Shown one piece after another: positions 27,978 to 38,986 of a DNA stretch of 64,000 nt. This stretch comes from an uncultured Gammaproteobacteria bacterium. GTDB taxonomy: Bacteria > Patescibacteriota > Patescibacteriia > Magasanikbacterales > UBA922. The stretch spans positions 8,032 to 72,031 of the forward strand of contig CAZFTR010000002.1 of NCBI GenBank assembly GCA_964522405.1. Reading direction: 5' to 3'. The translations under genes were made by a program, and so were the position numbers. Numbering within the stretch: position 1 is the stretch's first letter; the number at the start of each line of letters is the position of its first letter. The notes beneath the pieces are model-generated. The model searched no databases, was not told where the DNA came from, and worked only from the letters and a program-made list of their open reading frames with translations.

Positions 27978-28682
27978 ATGGAACCTTGGAATACCCAGCA
28001 AGCTTCAGAATTTTGGAACAAGGAACTTGATCAATATGGAAGAAGTCCCTATGTGGAGGCTGTGCTTGATATTATTTTAAAAGAAAATCCGGATACGGTT
28101 TTTGAGCTTGCAATTAGCAATGGGCGTTCTTTTGTGGGAGCTTTGCTCACAAATGATGTGGAAGTACATGGCTGTGATATTTCCAAATTCTTAATAGAAG
28201 AATTACAAAAGAATTATCCTGCGGTTGTGGCTTATCAAGCCGGTTATGGTGATTTTCTTGAAAAAGAAAAAAAGGATTTTTATGATTTGGTTTATTGTTT
28301 GCGCTCTTCATGGTATTTTTCAGACATACTTTTGGCTTTGCAAAATATGCTTGAGATTACTAAGCCCGGTGGCAAAGTAATAATAGATGTGATGAATAAA
28401 GATTCAGAAGCTGTTAAATCATCTCTCCTGGCTTGTCGAAAAAAAAGAAGAAAACAAAAGTTTAAAAATGTTATCAAATATATTTTTAATAAATTTTTTG
28501 GGAAAAAATATAAAATAGAAGTTGTTTTTGATCTTGATAAGCCCGAAAGTCCGGCAAAAATAGAAAAATTTTTGGAAAATAAAAATCTTTCTTTTGAAAA
28601 ATTTTCATATGAGCAGATCATTGGCAAGAGTAAAATCACTACAAATGATTCTATGAGATATCTTTATATTATCAGTAAATAG
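27978..28682 (+). CDS. methyltransferase-like protein (degenerate class I fold), hypothetical
   Basis: VFELAISNGRSFVGALLTNDVEVHGCDIS resembles SAM motif I/II with substitutions. Lysine-rich C-terminus. Confidence 0.45.
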   Translation: MEPWNTQQASEFWNKELDQYGRSPYVEAVLDIILKENPDTVFELAISNGRSFVGALLTNDVEVHGCDISKFLIEELQKNYPAVVAYQAGYGDFLEKEKKDFYDLVYCLRSSWYFSDILLALQNMLEITKPGGKVIIDVMNKDSEAVKSSLLACRKKRRKQKFKNVIKYIFNKFFGKKYKIEVVFDLDKPESPAKIEKFLENKNLSFEKFSYEQIIGKSKITTNDSMRYLYIISK

Positions 28683-28865
28683 TATCTTTGGTAATTTAAG
28701 ATAATTGATTTAAGGGATTATTTAATTGTGGATAAATAATCGCTACTCGTTTTTGGTTCTCCCTAGTATAATATTCTTATTGGGTGTATAATTCAAATAT
28801 ACAGATATAGTGATTGTTTGTATATTTACTAATATTTAAAATATTTATGTAGCTGAATTTTTTAT

Positions 28866-31655
28866 ATGAAAAAAACAAAATTTAGTTCTTTGCTAAGAAG
28901 AGTAAGAATGATTGGTTTGTTTGTGATTTTGCTGGCAGCCGGTCTTTTTTTTCAAACAGGCACGGTTAAGGCTGAAGTATGTACTTGGAGTACCTCTACT
29001 CCTGGTGCCAATATCAGTGATGCCAGCAGTTGGGCGGATTGTACTTTGAGTTCAGATGATACTTTGCTGTTTGGTGCCACAACAACAGCCGCAACTTGGG
29101 ATAGCGGTCTAATCCAAATTGCAGGTGTTTCGACTACACCGGAATATACAGGTACTATCACTTTGGGTACCAATGTTTCCAGTACAGGGGATGTGTTCAT
29201 TGGATCAGCTACCACTTTTGATCTTGGTGCTTACAGTCTTGATGTGGCCGGTGATTTTTTGAATTATGGGAATGTTAGTCAATCCGCAGGCTACACCGGG
29301 ATGAGCGGAAATTCCAATTTGGGTGGCTCGGGCAGGACCCAACTTTTCGCTTTTTTAGTTAATAATTCCAATACTGTTACTTTTTCCGGAGATGTTGTTG
29401 CTTCTTCAACCATAACAATCGGTAGTGGATCGACATTGATTTTGGGAGCCAATGGATTGCAATTTGGAGGTGCTCTCTCAAACTCCGGATCGATTACCCA
29501 AACTGCCAGTTCCACTTTCATGACCGGAGACGCTAACATTGGCGGCTCAGGAAGAACCCAACTTTTTGCTTTTACCGTAAGTCATTCAGATGGAGTAGAT
29601 GCTACTTTGGTGGGTGATTTGGTTGTTTCCTCCACCTTAACTATTGGTAGTGATGTTAATTTGGCTCTGGGAGCCAATGGATTGCAATTTGGAGGTGCTC
29701 TTGCCAACTCCGGATCGATTACCCAAACTGCCAGCTCCACTCTTATGACCGGAGACGCCAACATTGGTGGTTCAGGAAGAACCCAACTTTTTGCTTTTAC
29801 TATAAGCGCTTCCAACGGAGTAGACGCCACTTTGGTGGGTGATTTGATTGTTTCTTCAACATTGACTATTGGCAGTGATGTTAATTTGGCAATGGAAGCC
29901 TATGGACTTGAAGCAGGTGGTGCTATTACCAATTCCGGAGCCATAACTCAAACTGCCAGTTCAACAATCATGACCGGCAGTGCCAATTTGGGTGGTTCGG
30001 GAAGAACTCAATTTTTTGCCTTTACAGCTGACAATTCCAATACTGTTACTTTTGCCGGGGATGTTGTGGCTTCCTCAACTATCACAATCGGTAGCGGATC
30101 GGCATTGACTATGGGAGCCTATGGATTGCAATTTGGCGGTGCTCTCTCAAACTCCGGAACAATTACCCAAACTGCCAGTTCAACAATCATGACCGGCAGT
30201 GCCAATTTGGGTGGTTCGGGATCAAGCAGTTTCTTTAATTTAACCCTTAATGAGACCGTGACTTTGACCGGAAGTGTGACTTCCACCAATGCCTTTACTA
30301 ACAGTGGTGCTCTTACTATCTCTGACAGTGTAAATTTAGTTGCTTCAGGAACTTTTAATAACGATGGAACAATTACAGAAACAGGTGCTATTATACATGC
30401 TCTAACTTCTTCTAAGTTTACAGACACTTCCGGGACAGAAGTAACATCTTATAATACAGGTTCTGATACTTTATTTATTACGGTTGAAGATCATGACGGT
30501 AATCTCGATGCAACTGCGCTTGATACCATAACCGGATCAGTATATACAGCCAATGATGGTGTGGTAGATCAAGAAAGTATGACATTAACCGAAACAGGTG
30601 TTGATACAGGTGTTTTCCGTAGTTCAATCGGTTTTACGCCTTCTGCTCAGAAAACCCAGAACAATGGTAAAATTGAAGTTAATGGAGCCGGAAGTTTAGC
30701 TCTAACCTTTACTGATTCAAAGGACAGTACTGATACCGGAACTGATACGGCAAATTATACCGGTAGTTCGGTTGGTTCAGGTGGTAGTCCGGTTAGCAAT
30801 CCTGTCACGGAATCGACCACTGATGACACTGCCACTGAAACAAATACAACAGATACTACTACTGATGACAGTACTGCAGACACAACCACTGATGACACTG
30901 CTACTGATGAGGAGATAGTTGATGATGTTATCACTGATGATGCCACAGAAGAAGTTGTTGATCCTGAAGAAAAAGAAGCCGAGTCTGATCAAGAAGAATC
31001 AGCTCCGGAAGCAATTTCAGAAACATCATCATGCCCTCTTTTGACCGGACAGCCTTATAAAACACTTGATTCAAATACTGTTTATTATATAACTGAAAAT
31101 TGTACAAAATCAGTATTTAGAAGCGCAGAGAAATTTTTCTCTTATTTTACCTCCTGGGATGTGGTTAAAAATGCTTCACATAAAAATCTAAGAGAGATTT
31201 CGACTGATCAGCTTGGTTTTATGCCTTGGGGTCCTTTGTATGATCCTCAATTCGGAGCTTTGGTAAAGATTGCAAAAGATCCAAAAGTGTACTTGCTTTT
31301 AGGTAATGAAAAGTATTGGATTACATCAGAAGAGGTTTTTAATGCTTTGTATGATGGGCGATGGAATTGGATTGAAACAATTGATAAAAGTCTCTTAGAT
31401 AAATACGCAACCGGTTCTGAAATTAATTATCAGGATCATCATCCAAATTATTCTCTTATAAAATATCAAAATTCAAATAAAATATATCGCTTGGAGCCCG
31501 ATCCAAATGATAGTACAAAACAAGTAAAGCGACACATAATTGATGAAAAGACTTTTGTATCTCTTGGATTTAGATGGGATAGAATTGTGGATATTGCTGA
31601 CAGTGAAATATATGCTGATGGAAAAACTATTACTTTGGATGCGGGGGCTGAGTAA
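28866..31655 (+). CDS. secreted surface protein with ~73-aa tandem repeats, T/D-rich linker and C-terminal globular domain
   Basis: 929 aa with a signal peptide. Five copies of ...GANGLQFGGALSNSGSITQTASSTxMTGDANIGGSGRTQLFAFT..., then a Thr/Asp-rich acidic linker (TTDDTATETNTTDTTTDD...), then a ~230-aa C-terminal domain. Confidence 0.65.
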   Translation: MKKTKFSSLLRRVRMIGLFVILLAAGLFFQTGTVKAEVCTWSTSTPGANISDASSWADCTLSSDDTLLFGATTTAATWDSGLIQIAGVSTTPEYTGTITLGTNVSSTGDVFIGSATTFDLGAYSLDVAGDFLNYGNVSQSAGYTGMSGNSNLGGSGRTQLFAFLVNNSNTVTFSGDVVASSTITIGSGSTLILGANGLQFGGALSNSGSITQTASSTFMTGDANIGGSGRTQLFAFTVSHSDGVDATLVGDLVVSSTLTIGSDVNLALGANGLQFGGALANSGSITQTASSTLMTGDANIGGSGRTQLFAFTISASNGVDATLVGDLIVSSTLTIGSDVNLAMEAYGLEAGGAITNSGAITQTASSTIMTGSANLGGSGRTQFFAFTADNSNTVTFAGDVVASSTITIGSGSALTMGAYGLQFGGALSNSGTITQTASSTIMTGSANLGGSGSSSFFNLTLNETVTLTGSVTSTNAFTNSGALTISDSVNLVASGTFNNDGTITETGAIIHALTSSKFTDTSGTEVTSYNTGSDTLFITVEDHDGNLDATALDTITGSVYTANDGVVDQESMTLTETGVDTGVFRSSIGFTPSAQKTQNNGKIEVNGAGSLALTFTDSKDSTDTGTDTANYTGSSVGSGGSPVSNPVTESTTDDTATETNTTDTTTDDSTADTTTDDTATDEEIVDDVITDDATEEVVDPEEKEAESDQEESAPEAISETSSCPLLTGQPYKTLDSNTVYYITENCTKSVFRSAEKFFSYFTSWDVVKNASHKNLREISTDQLGFMPWGPLYDPQFGALVKIAKDPKVYLLLGNEKYWITSEEVFNALYDGRWNWIETIDKSLLDKYATGSEINYQDHHPNYSLIKYQNSNKIYRLEPDPNDSTKQVKRHIIDEKTFVSLGFRWDRIVDIADSEIYADGKTITLDAGAE
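29442..30200. repeat. coding tandem repeats (~219-225 bp period, 4-5 copies, imperfect)
   Basis: gggagccaatggattgcaatttggaggtgctct recurs at about 29442, 29661 and 30113, with a divergent copy near 29890. Not CRISPR: it is in-frame coding sequence with no spacer/repeat architecture. Confidence 0.7.
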
Positions 31656-31727
31656 AAAACCAGAATTGCCTGTATTAATTCGAATCCAAAAGTATTAGTA
31701 GTTTGTAGTTTTGAGACCTTGATTTTA

Positions 31728-31759
31728 ACCGTCCATTGAGAGAAATGGGCGGTTTTTTT
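31728..31759 (+). terminator. rho-independent terminator
   Basis: ACCGTCCAT and ATGGGCGGT form a 9-bp stem with one mismatch, loop TGAGAGAA, followed by T6. Confidence 0.7.
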
Positions 31760-31804
31760 GTCTTATTTTAGCCAAGTAAAAGGACAATTTACCTAAAAAT
31801 CTGC

Positions 31805-31833
31805 TTGACCTTGTCTGATATATTGAGTATACT
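31805..31833 (+). promoter_or_regulatory. sigma70-like promoter (TTGACC-17-TATACT) for gmd operon
   Basis: TTGACC at 31805-31810, a 17-nt spacer, TATACT at 31828-31833, about 48 nt upstream of the gmd ATG. Confidence 0.5.
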
Positions 31834-31881
31834 TTAGCAACACTATAGAAAACTTATCAAACTATTTGTAGTTAGAATACT

Positions 31882-32913
31882 ATGAAAAAAGCACTTATAA
31901 CCGGGATTACCGGACAAGATGGATCATATTTGGCTGAATTTTTACTAGACAAAGGATATGAAGTTCATGGAATTATCAGGAGATCCAGCAGTTTTAATAC
32001 AGAGAGATTAGATCATATTTATCAAGATCCTCATGAAAAGGGCAGACGATTGTTTCTTCATTATGGAGATCTTTCAGATTCCAGTAATATAAGTAGATTT
32101 ATTTCCAAACATCAACCAGATGAGATCTATAATCTCGGAGCTCAGAGTCATGTTCGAGTTAGTTTTGATATGCCTGAATACACCGGAGACGTTGTTGGTT
32201 TGGGAACTTTGAGACTTCTTGACGCTATTCGTGATTCAGGAATTAAAACCAAGTTTTACCAAGCATCTAGTTCTGAGATGTATGGAAAAGTTAAAGAAAC
32301 TCCTCAGAGTGAAACAACTCCTTTTTATCCACGTTCTCCATATGGTTGCGCCAAAGTTTTTGCTTTTTGGACAACTGTAAACTATCGGGAAAGTTATGAC
32401 ATGTTTGCTTGTAATGGAATTTTGTTTAATCATGAGTCGCCAAGAAGAGGTGGAACTTTTGTAACCAAGAAAATTACCAGAGGTTTAGTAAATATCAAAA
32501 ATGGCAAGCAGGAAAAACTTTTTATGGGTAATCTTGATTCAAAAAGAGATTGGGGTTATGCCAAGGAATATGTTGAGGCTATGTGGATGATGTTGCAGCA
32601 AGATAAGCCAGATGATTTTGTGATTGCCACTGGTGAGACTCATAGTCCAAGAGAGTTTATAGAAGAAGCATGTAGATTGCTTGATATTGACTTAGAGTGG
32701 CAGGGAAGTGGTGAAGAAGAAAAAGGAATTGATAAAAATACTGGAAAAGTCATTATTGAGATTGATCCGGTTTATTTCCGTCCAGCTGAAGTTGATTTGC
32801 TGGTTGGTGACATGACCAAGGCTCAAGAAAAACTGGGCTGGGAACCAAAAGTAAAATTCAAAGATCTGGTTAAGATTATGGTGGAGGATGAATTGGAAAA
32901 TTTTAAGAAATAA
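31882..32913 (+). CDS. gmd: GDP-mannose 4,6-dehydratase
   Basis: [47 protein letters not shown] and FNHESPRRG are nearly collinear with E. coli Gmd. Confidence 0.95.
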   Translation: MKKALITGITGQDGSYLAEFLLDKGYEVHGIIRRSSSFNTERLDHIYQDPHEKGRRLFLHYGDLSDSSNISRFISKHQPDEIYNLGAQSHVRVSFDMPEYTGDVVGLGTLRLLDAIRDSGIKTKFYQASSSEMYGKVKETPQSETTPFYPRSPYGCAKVFAFWTTVNYRESYDMFACNGILFNHESPRRGGTFVTKKITRGLVNIKNGKQEKLFMGNLDSKRDWGYAKEYVEAMWMMLQQDKPDDFVIATGETHSPREFIEEACRLLDIDLEWQGSGEEEKGIDKNTGKVIIEIDPVYFRPAEVDLLVGDMTKAQEKLGWEPKVKFKDLVKIMVEDELENFKK

Positions 32914-32915
32914 AT

Positions 32916-33848
32916 ATGATGCAAAAAAATTCAAAAATATATGTAGCAGGTCATAGAGGAATGGTTGGTTCTGCTATTGTGCGAAAGCTTGAAGCTGAGG
33001 GTTATACAAATATAATCAAAAAAACCAGTGCAGAATTGGATCTTCGTGATCAAAAAGCCACAGCTGAATTTTTTTCACAAGAAAAACCAGAGTATGTTTT
33101 TCTGGGGGCTGCAAAAGTTGGTGGAATTTTGGCGAATAAAGAAAGAAAAGCTGAATTTTTCTTTGATAATATGATGATTGAGTTAAATGTAATAGATGCT
33201 GCTCAGAAAAATGGTGTAAAAAAATTATGTTTCCTTGGTAGTAGTTGTATTTATCCGAAATTTGCAGAGCAACCAATAAAAGAGGAGTATTTGATGACAG
33301 GTCATCTTGAGCCTACCAATGATGCTTACGCTGTTGCTAAAATTGCCGGTATACAAATGTGCAAGGCATACTATGAGCAGTATGGTTTTGAATCAGTGCA
33401 AATTATGCCCTGCAATCTTTTTGGTCCTGGAGATAATTTTGATCCAAAAACCTCTCATGTTTTACCAGCGCTTCTTCGAAAAGTTGTTGAAGCAAAAGAA
33501 AACGGAGACAAAGAAATTGTCATGTGGGGAACTGGAAAACCAAAACGAGAATTTCTCTTTGTTGATGATGTTGCTGATGCCTGTGTATATCTCATGAACA
33601 GTGATGTTAAAAATGATCTATTTAATGTGGGAATGGGTGAGGATATTGCTATCAAAGATTTGCTTGAATTAATTTGTGAGATTGTTGGTTATGAAGGAGA
33701 GATTAAACATGATCTTGAAAAGCCAGATGGAACTCCTAGAAAATTATTGGATATTTCAAAATTACATTCTCTAGGTTGGAAACATCAAGTTGAACTTAGA
33801 GAAGGAATAGAAAAATTATATCAATGGTATTTAGAAAATAAAAAATAA
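32916..33848 (+). CDS. fcl: GDP-L-fucose synthase (GDP-4-keto-6-deoxy-D-mannose 3,5-epimerase/4-reductase)
   Basis: [30 protein letters not shown] and [20 protein letters not shown] are collinear with E. coli Fcl/WcaG. Confidence 0.95.
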   Translation: MMQKNSKIYVAGHRGMVGSAIVRKLEAEGYTNIIKKTSAELDLRDQKATAEFFSQEKPEYVFLGAAKVGGILANKERKAEFFFDNMMIELNVIDAAQKNGVKKLCFLGSSCIYPKFAEQPIKEEYLMTGHLEPTNDAYAVAKIAGIQMCKAYYEQYGFESVQIMPCNLFGPGDNFDPKTSHVLPALLRKVVEAKENGDKEIVMWGTGKPKREFLFVDDVADACVYLMNSDVKNDLFNVGMGEDIAIKDLLELICEIVGYEGEIKHDLEKPDGTPRKLLDISKLHSLGWKHQVELREGIEKLYQWYLENKK

Positions 33849-33852
33849 TCTT

Positions 33853-34833
33853 ATGGCAAAAAAAGCACTTTTAACTGGAATTTGCGGTCAAGATGCAGCC
33901 TATATGGCAGAGTTGCTTATTAAGAAAGGTTATCAGGTTTTTGGTGTGGGGCGAAGCATAAGAGAAGATAGATTGTGGAGATTGGAAGAGCTGGGAATAA
34001 AGGACAAGGTTGAGTTGATAAATGGAGATATTACTGATTCTCTTTTTGTCTTTAATATATTCAAAGAGATTCAACCTGATGAATGTTATAATTTTGCCGC
34101 TGTTTCATTTGTAGGACTTTCTTGGAAGATCACTCAGACAACAAATTCTATAAATACAAATGGGGTTGTAAATATTTTGGATGCTATTAAGCAAAATTCT
34201 CCACATACCAGACTTTATCAGGCTGGAAGTTCTGAGATGTTTGGCAGACCTGATAATGACATTCAAGACGAAAGTACCAGATTTGATCCATGTAATCCCT
34301 ATGGAGTTTCAAAACTAGCTGCTTATAATTTTACAAAAATTTATCGCGAAGCATATGGGATATATGCTTCAAATGCTTTTTGCTACAATCATGAATCAGA
34401 GCTTCGTGGTATTGAATATGTAACTCGTAAAATAACTGATGGTGTAGCTCGTATTGCACTTGGTATCAGTGATGAAATTCGTCTTGGTAATATTGAGTCA
34501 AGAAGAGATTGGGGCTATGCAAGGGATTATGTAAAAGCTATGTGGCTTATGCTTCAGCAAGATCAACCTGGTGATTATGTTTTATCAACTGGTAAAACTC
34601 ACTCAATAAAAGAATTTCTAGCAGCTGCATTTGATAGAGTAGGAGTCGAAGATTGGCAAAAATATATTGTTGAAGATGAAAGATTTTTCCGTCCTCTTGA
34701 GCCATTTTTATTGCAGGGAAATTCTGCAAAAGCAAAGGAAGTTCTGGGTTGGGAGCCAGAAGTTAGTTTTGAAGAATTAGTTTCTAGGATGGTAGATTTT
34801 GATTTGAAAAATTTAAAATCAAAAAATGTTTAA
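33853..34833 (+). CDS. Gmd-family NDP-sugar 4,6-dehydratase paralog (possibly Rmd-like reductase)
   Basis: MAKKALLTGICGQDAAYMAELLIKKGYQVFGVGRS and CYNHESELRG are Gmd-like catalytic motifs. At 326 aa it is shorter than Gmd. Confidence 0.75.
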   Translation: MAKKALLTGICGQDAAYMAELLIKKGYQVFGVGRSIREDRLWRLEELGIKDKVELINGDITDSLFVFNIFKEIQPDECYNFAAVSFVGLSWKITQTTNSINTNGVVNILDAIKQNSPHTRLYQAGSSEMFGRPDNDIQDESTRFDPCNPYGVSKLAAYNFTKIYREAYGIYASNAFCYNHESELRGIEYVTRKITDGVARIALGISDEIRLGNIESRRDWGYARDYVKAMWLMLQQDQPGDYVLSTGKTHSIKEFLAAAFDRVGVEDWQKYIVEDERFFRPLEPFLLQGNSAKAKEVLGWEPEVSFEELVSRMVDFDLKNLKSKNV

Positions 34834-35896
34834 GAACAAAGCTTTTAAAATTATTAGTATTCTTTCAAAAAATATCCTAAATTCCAATAGGATTATTTTT
34901 GTTTCAGAGCAGGTAAATTGGGTTATAAAAGATATTTGTGAAAATGTAGTTGAGACTCTTCGAAAAACCAAAAAAATTAAAATCGGAATTACTTTTAGTC
35001 AAGTTTTTCTGAAGAATAAGATTTTGCATTTTGCAACTGCCGGAATGATTTTTGATCGAAATGGCAAGATTAGAAATTTTCACCCTTCAAATAAATCAAT
35101 TTTAACTTGGTATCATTTTGAGCCAGATGATAAAAGAGCAAAGTTTATTCCAGAGATTGCCGAGAAGGTTGATATTTTTCATACAGCATCTGAAACAACC
35201 AAGAAAGAATTAATTAAATATGGAGTTACAGAAGAAAAAATCATAATTGTTCCTATTGGAATTGATTTAAAAGTATTTAAGCCGTGCAACAAAGAAGAAA
35301 AAAGTAAATTACGTGAAAATTTAGGAATTGCCAAAGATAAAATCGTTATTGGTTCTTTTCAAAAAGATGGAAGCGGTTGGGGAGAGGGGAATGAGCCAAA
35401 ATTAATCAAGGGCCCGGATATTTTTTGTGATACAGTAGAAGAGCTGGCAAGAGATTATGATATTCATGTTTTATTGACTGGGCCGGCCAGAGGTTACGTA
35501 AAAAAGCGCTTAGATCAAGCTGGAATTTCCTATACTCATAAGTACCTTGATAATTATTTGGATATTGTTGATTATTATCATATGCTTGACCTCTACATTA
35601 TCAGCTCAAGAGTAGAGGGTGGACCAAAAGCTTTTCTAGAATCAATGGCCTGTAAAATTCCTTTTGTCTCGACAAGTGTTGGAATGGTAACGGATATAAT
35701 TGAGAGTGGTATAAATGGCTCTGTTGTTAGTAGTTTTGATGCGCAGGAACTCTATGAAAAATCAAAAGAATTATTGGATAATAAAAATTTAAAAGACAGA
35801 CTTATTGAGCAAGGTTTTGAAGATGTTAGAAAATATGATTGGAGTGTGGTTGCAGATCTTTATCATCAAAAATTATATCTACCATTAATCAAATAG
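34826..35896 (+). CDS. glycosyltransferase family 4 (GT4)
   Basis: SSRVEGGPKAFLESMACKIPFVSTSVG is the E-x7-E motif. Confidence 0.75.
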   Translation: MFKNKAFKIISILSKNILNSNRIIFVSEQVNWVIKDICENVVETLRKTKKIKIGITFSQVFLKNKILHFATAGMIFDRNGKIRNFHPSNKSILTWYHFEPDDKRAKFIPEIAEKVDIFHTASETTKKELIKYGVTEEKIIIVPIGIDLKVFKPCNKEEKSKLRENLGIAKDKIVIGSFQKDGSGWGEGNEPKLIKGPDIFCDTVEELARDYDIHVLLTGPARGYVKKRLDQAGISYTHKYLDNYLDIVDYYHMLDLYIISSRVEGGPKAFLESMACKIPFVSTSVGMVTDIIESGINGSVVSSFDAQELYEKSKELLDNKNLKDRLIEQGFEDVRKYDWSVVADLYHQKLYLPLIK

Positions 35897-35899
35897 TTT

Positions 35900-36889
35900 A
35901 TGAAAATTCATATTTATTATCCTCTTAAAAAAGGCCCATGGGGTGGGGGAAATCAATTTTTGAGAGCACTGCAAAAAGAATTCAAAAAAAGTGGTAATTA
36001 TGCTGAGGCAATAGAAGATGCTGATGCTGTTTTGTTCAATAGTCATCATCAACTCTCAGGAGTTGTTAAGTTAAGAAGAAAGCATCCAAATACATTATTT
36101 GTTCACAGAATTGATGGTCCTTTATCAAAAATTAGAGGTACTTGGCTCAGTAAAATGACAGATAAGGTAATTTTTTATTTCTCTGATGTGCTTTCTCAGA
36201 TTACTATATTACAAAGTGGTTGGAGTAAAAAGGTGAGTGAAGAATTAGGATATAGACAAAAAGAATTTGATACGGTTATTTTCAATGCCAGTGATGAGCT
36301 AATATTTAATCGAGAGGGTAAAAAAGAATTCAAGCCACAAGAAAAAATTAAGATTATTGCTACCAGTTGGTCAGCAAATATGGGCAAGGGTTTTGATGTT
36401 TATGACTACATGGATAAGAATCTTGATTTTGATAAGTATCAATTTACTTTTATTGGAAATACACCTATTAAATTTGAGAACATCAAACATATTGAGCCTG
36501 TACCGAGCGAAGAGCTTGCTAAATATCTAAAAGATTCTGATATTTTTATTACTGCTTCTAAAAATGATCCATGCTCTAACTCTCTTATTGAGGCTCTAAG
36601 TTCTGGATTGCCAGTCATTGTTAGAAATGATGGAGGTCATCCTGAATTGATGAGAGGTGGTGGGGAGAGCTTTGATAAAATTGAAGAAGTTATTGAAAAA
36701 CTTGAAAAAGTAGCAGCAAATTATGAAAATTATCAGTCAAATATTCCGGAGTTTGATATGGAAAAAACTGCAAAATTATATTATGCTGCTATTGAAAAAG
36801 CTTTTGAGAGTTCTCTTAAGCCAAAAAAAGTAGGAACATTTAAGAGTCTGCTTATATTGCTCAGTCTGAAGATGTTGAGACTTGCCTAA
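35900..36889 (+). CDS. glycosyltransferase-like protein (GT4/GT1-related C-terminal domain)
   Basis: ASKNDPCSNSLIEALSSGLPVIVRNDGGHPEL resembles the GT-B C-terminal nucleotide-sugar-binding region. Confidence 0.55.
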   Translation: MKIHIYYPLKKGPWGGGNQFLRALQKEFKKSGNYAEAIEDADAVLFNSHHQLSGVVKLRRKHPNTLFVHRIDGPLSKIRGTWLSKMTDKVIFYFSDVLSQITILQSGWSKKVSEELGYRQKEFDTVIFNASDELIFNREGKKEFKPQEKIKIIATSWSANMGKGFDVYDYMDKNLDFDKYQFTFIGNTPIKFENIKHIEPVPSEELAKYLKDSDIFITASKNDPCSNSLIEALSSGLPVIVRNDGGHPELMRGGGESFDKIEEVIEKLEKVAANYENYQSNIPEFDMEKTAKLYYAAIEKAFESSLKPKKVGTFKSLLILLSLKMLRLA

Positions 36890-38986
36890 CTATATTCCAA
36901 ATTTATAGGGAGGTTGATATTTGAGTTCTATAAGATTTTCACCTTTTAGAAGGGGTAATGCCATGAAGCTGTGATATGCTGGTATTACCTCTTTTTTTTC
37001 TTGGTTTATGTAGGCGCTCCAGAAGGGGTGGTAATTGTTGCTGATAATTAGAATTGTCGGGTTTTCCAGGTTGGCTTTTAAGACTATTTGATCAGGGCTG
37101 TATTTAATCAATTCTGGTTTTAATTTTGTTTCTACCAGCGATTCTATGTTGAGATCTCCAAGATCTTTTTCTTCAAGATAGACCTCCTGTGACAAAGTAT
37201 CAAATGTACTGGTTGAAAGTGTATTTAATAACTCATCTTTATTCTCAAATACCCTTACTTTACCAACCAAAAAGAAACGATCAAGAACATTTTTATTTTC
37301 ATAAATTAAAAGTTTTTTACCAGTAAAATTTTCTTTTATTCTGTTTGAAATTCCCTTTGTTCTAATGTGATCGATAGTAGCGCTAGGTGATTCAATTTTT
37401 GAAAATCCTGGAGCTGAAACTTTCAAATATGAGGCAAGGTATTTTACATTGGCAAGAGACAGTAGATTTTGATTGATAAATTTAGTTGAGTCTTGCATGA
37501 ATTCTTCTTTTTCTTGTTCGCTTGCTTGCCAGAAAAAATAATAACTGTGTTTTGGTTTTTTCTTAAATTTTGCCATTTGGTTGAAATACTCTGCAAATCT
37601 TTTGGAGGTCATATTAATATCTCCATCAATGCTTTCAAATCCATTCATATTTAAGATTGATGTTCTTAGGTCTGACTCCTCATTACTAATCAGCGCGACT
37701 CTAAATGGATTTTTTTCTTCTTGGGTTTTTTGTTTTAGTGTATCGAGATCAGGGCTATAAGTATTTGCATGGTAGCTTCCGGATTTTAGCCAAATTTTTG
37801 CATGTCTTGTTTTTAGGGCTAAATTTGAAAATACTAAAAGCACGATGAAAACTGAAACAAAAATACTGTATAGAAGATATTTTTTTTGAGATTTTTCTGA
37901 TACGAGATATCCTTTTAAACTGTTTATCGCTATTGCCGCGGCTATTGATGCGAAAAAAGGAACTAATAAACTGAAACGATCAAAGCCAAAATCAGCTAGA
38001 GGGCCAAGGTAGTCTCCAAATTTGGATGATAATGGTCTGTAGTATTGCACAACAAAAATTCCCAAGAAAACCAGAATTGATGTTCTTTTGAAATAGCGAT
38101 TTTTGATATCAAAGAATTTTGATCCTAGGATTGCTAAGGCGATTATGAGGAGTGAAAGATAGTTTTGCACTAATAATTCTTTTACAGTTACTAGATAATT
38201 TATTAGATTTGCATTGTAATAGCCACCAACACGATTTGAGAGTGGGGTGTTAGTTATCATGCTCCAAACAGCTGGTAAGTGGGCAATAATAGAAGCAAAG
38301 CTAAATAGAAATAAGATCAAAAGTTTTTTTACTGAATAATCTTTTTTTACAAAAACAAACCAGAGAAAAATAGCCACAAGAGCAAATGGAAGCGTAAAAA
38401 CAACTGATGAGGCAAAACCAAATAAAATTCCAAGCAGAATGGCATACAGATATTTAATTTTCTCTTGAATATTGAAAATTTCCTGAAGATAGAATATTGA
38501 AAAAGGAACAAAGGACAGACCAATCATGAATGGTATTATGTCTATAAGAATTAAGGATTGGGCAAAGATAAAAGAGGCAAGTAGAGATGCAGCTTTTTTG
38601 AGTTCAAGTTGTTTGTGACAAATACGAAATGTAAAATATGATCCAATAAAAATACTCAAAAAAAGCACTGTCCCATAAGCAAGCCAACTCGGAACTAAAT
38701 TAAATATCATACTACTAAGATGTATATTGAGCAGATCATTGGCAATTCTATCAATTCCCCCGGCAAAAAGAGGATCCCAGTAAGTTATCCCATGTGTTGC
38801 TATGTTTGACGCCAGTGACTGAAATCTTGGTATGAATATGTCTAAATTATCTCCAACTCGCACATAAGAAAATGGTCCAAGAAAAATATATTCAAATACT
38901 GTGAATAGAGAAAATAAAAGAAAAAAAGTTTTTTCTCTTTTGGAGAAGAAGCTTTTTATTTTCCGTGCAATATCGGCTCTAGTCAT
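36890..38986 (-). CDS. polytopic membrane protein, YfhO/GT-C-like (candidate extracytoplasmic glycosyltransferase)
   Basis: 698 aa with at least 12 predicted TMs in the N-terminal two-thirds and a soluble C-terminal domain. It is the last gene of the minus-strand ddh operon, which begins with a GtrB/DPM1-like GT2. Family assignment is by architecture only. Confidence 0.5.
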   Translation of the reverse strand: MTRADIARKIKSFFSKREKTFFLLFSLFTVFEYIFLGPFSYVRVGDNLDIFIPRFQSLASNIATHGITYWDPLFAGGIDRIANDLLNIHLSSMIFNLVPSWLAYGTVLFLSIFIGSYFTFRICHKQLELKKAASLLASFIFAQSLILIDIIPFMIGLSFVPFSIFYLQEIFNIQEKIKYLYAILLGILFGFASSVVFTLPFALVAIFLWFVFVKKDYSVKKLLILFLFSFASIIAHLPAVWSMITNTPLSNRVGGYYNANLINYLVTVKELLVQNYLSLLIIALAILGSKFFDIKNRYFKRTSILVFLGIFVVQYYRPLSSKFGDYLGPLADFGFDRFSLLVPFFASIAAAIAINSLKGYLVSEKSQKKYLLYSIFVSVFIVLLVFSNLALKTRHAKIWLKSGSYHANTYSPDLDTLKQKTQEEKNPFRVALISNEESDLRTSILNMNGFESIDGDINMTSKRFAEYFNQMAKFKKKPKHSYYFFWQASEQEKEEFMQDSTKFINQNLLSLANVKYLASYLKVSAPGFSKIESPSATIDHIRTKGISNRIKENFTGKKLLIYENKNVLDRFFLVGKVRVFENKDELLNTLSTSTFDTLSQEVYLEEKDLGDLNIESLVETKLKPELIKYSPDQIVLKANLENPTILIISNNYHPFWSAYINQEKKEVIPAYHSFMALPLLKGENLIELKYQPPYKFGI

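Noticed and set aside
29300-30250. Regularly spaced repeats that could be mistaken for a CRISPR array.
   Set aside because: The period of about 220 bp is all in-frame coding sequence of a secreted protein. There is no short repeat/spacer alternation and no cas genes.
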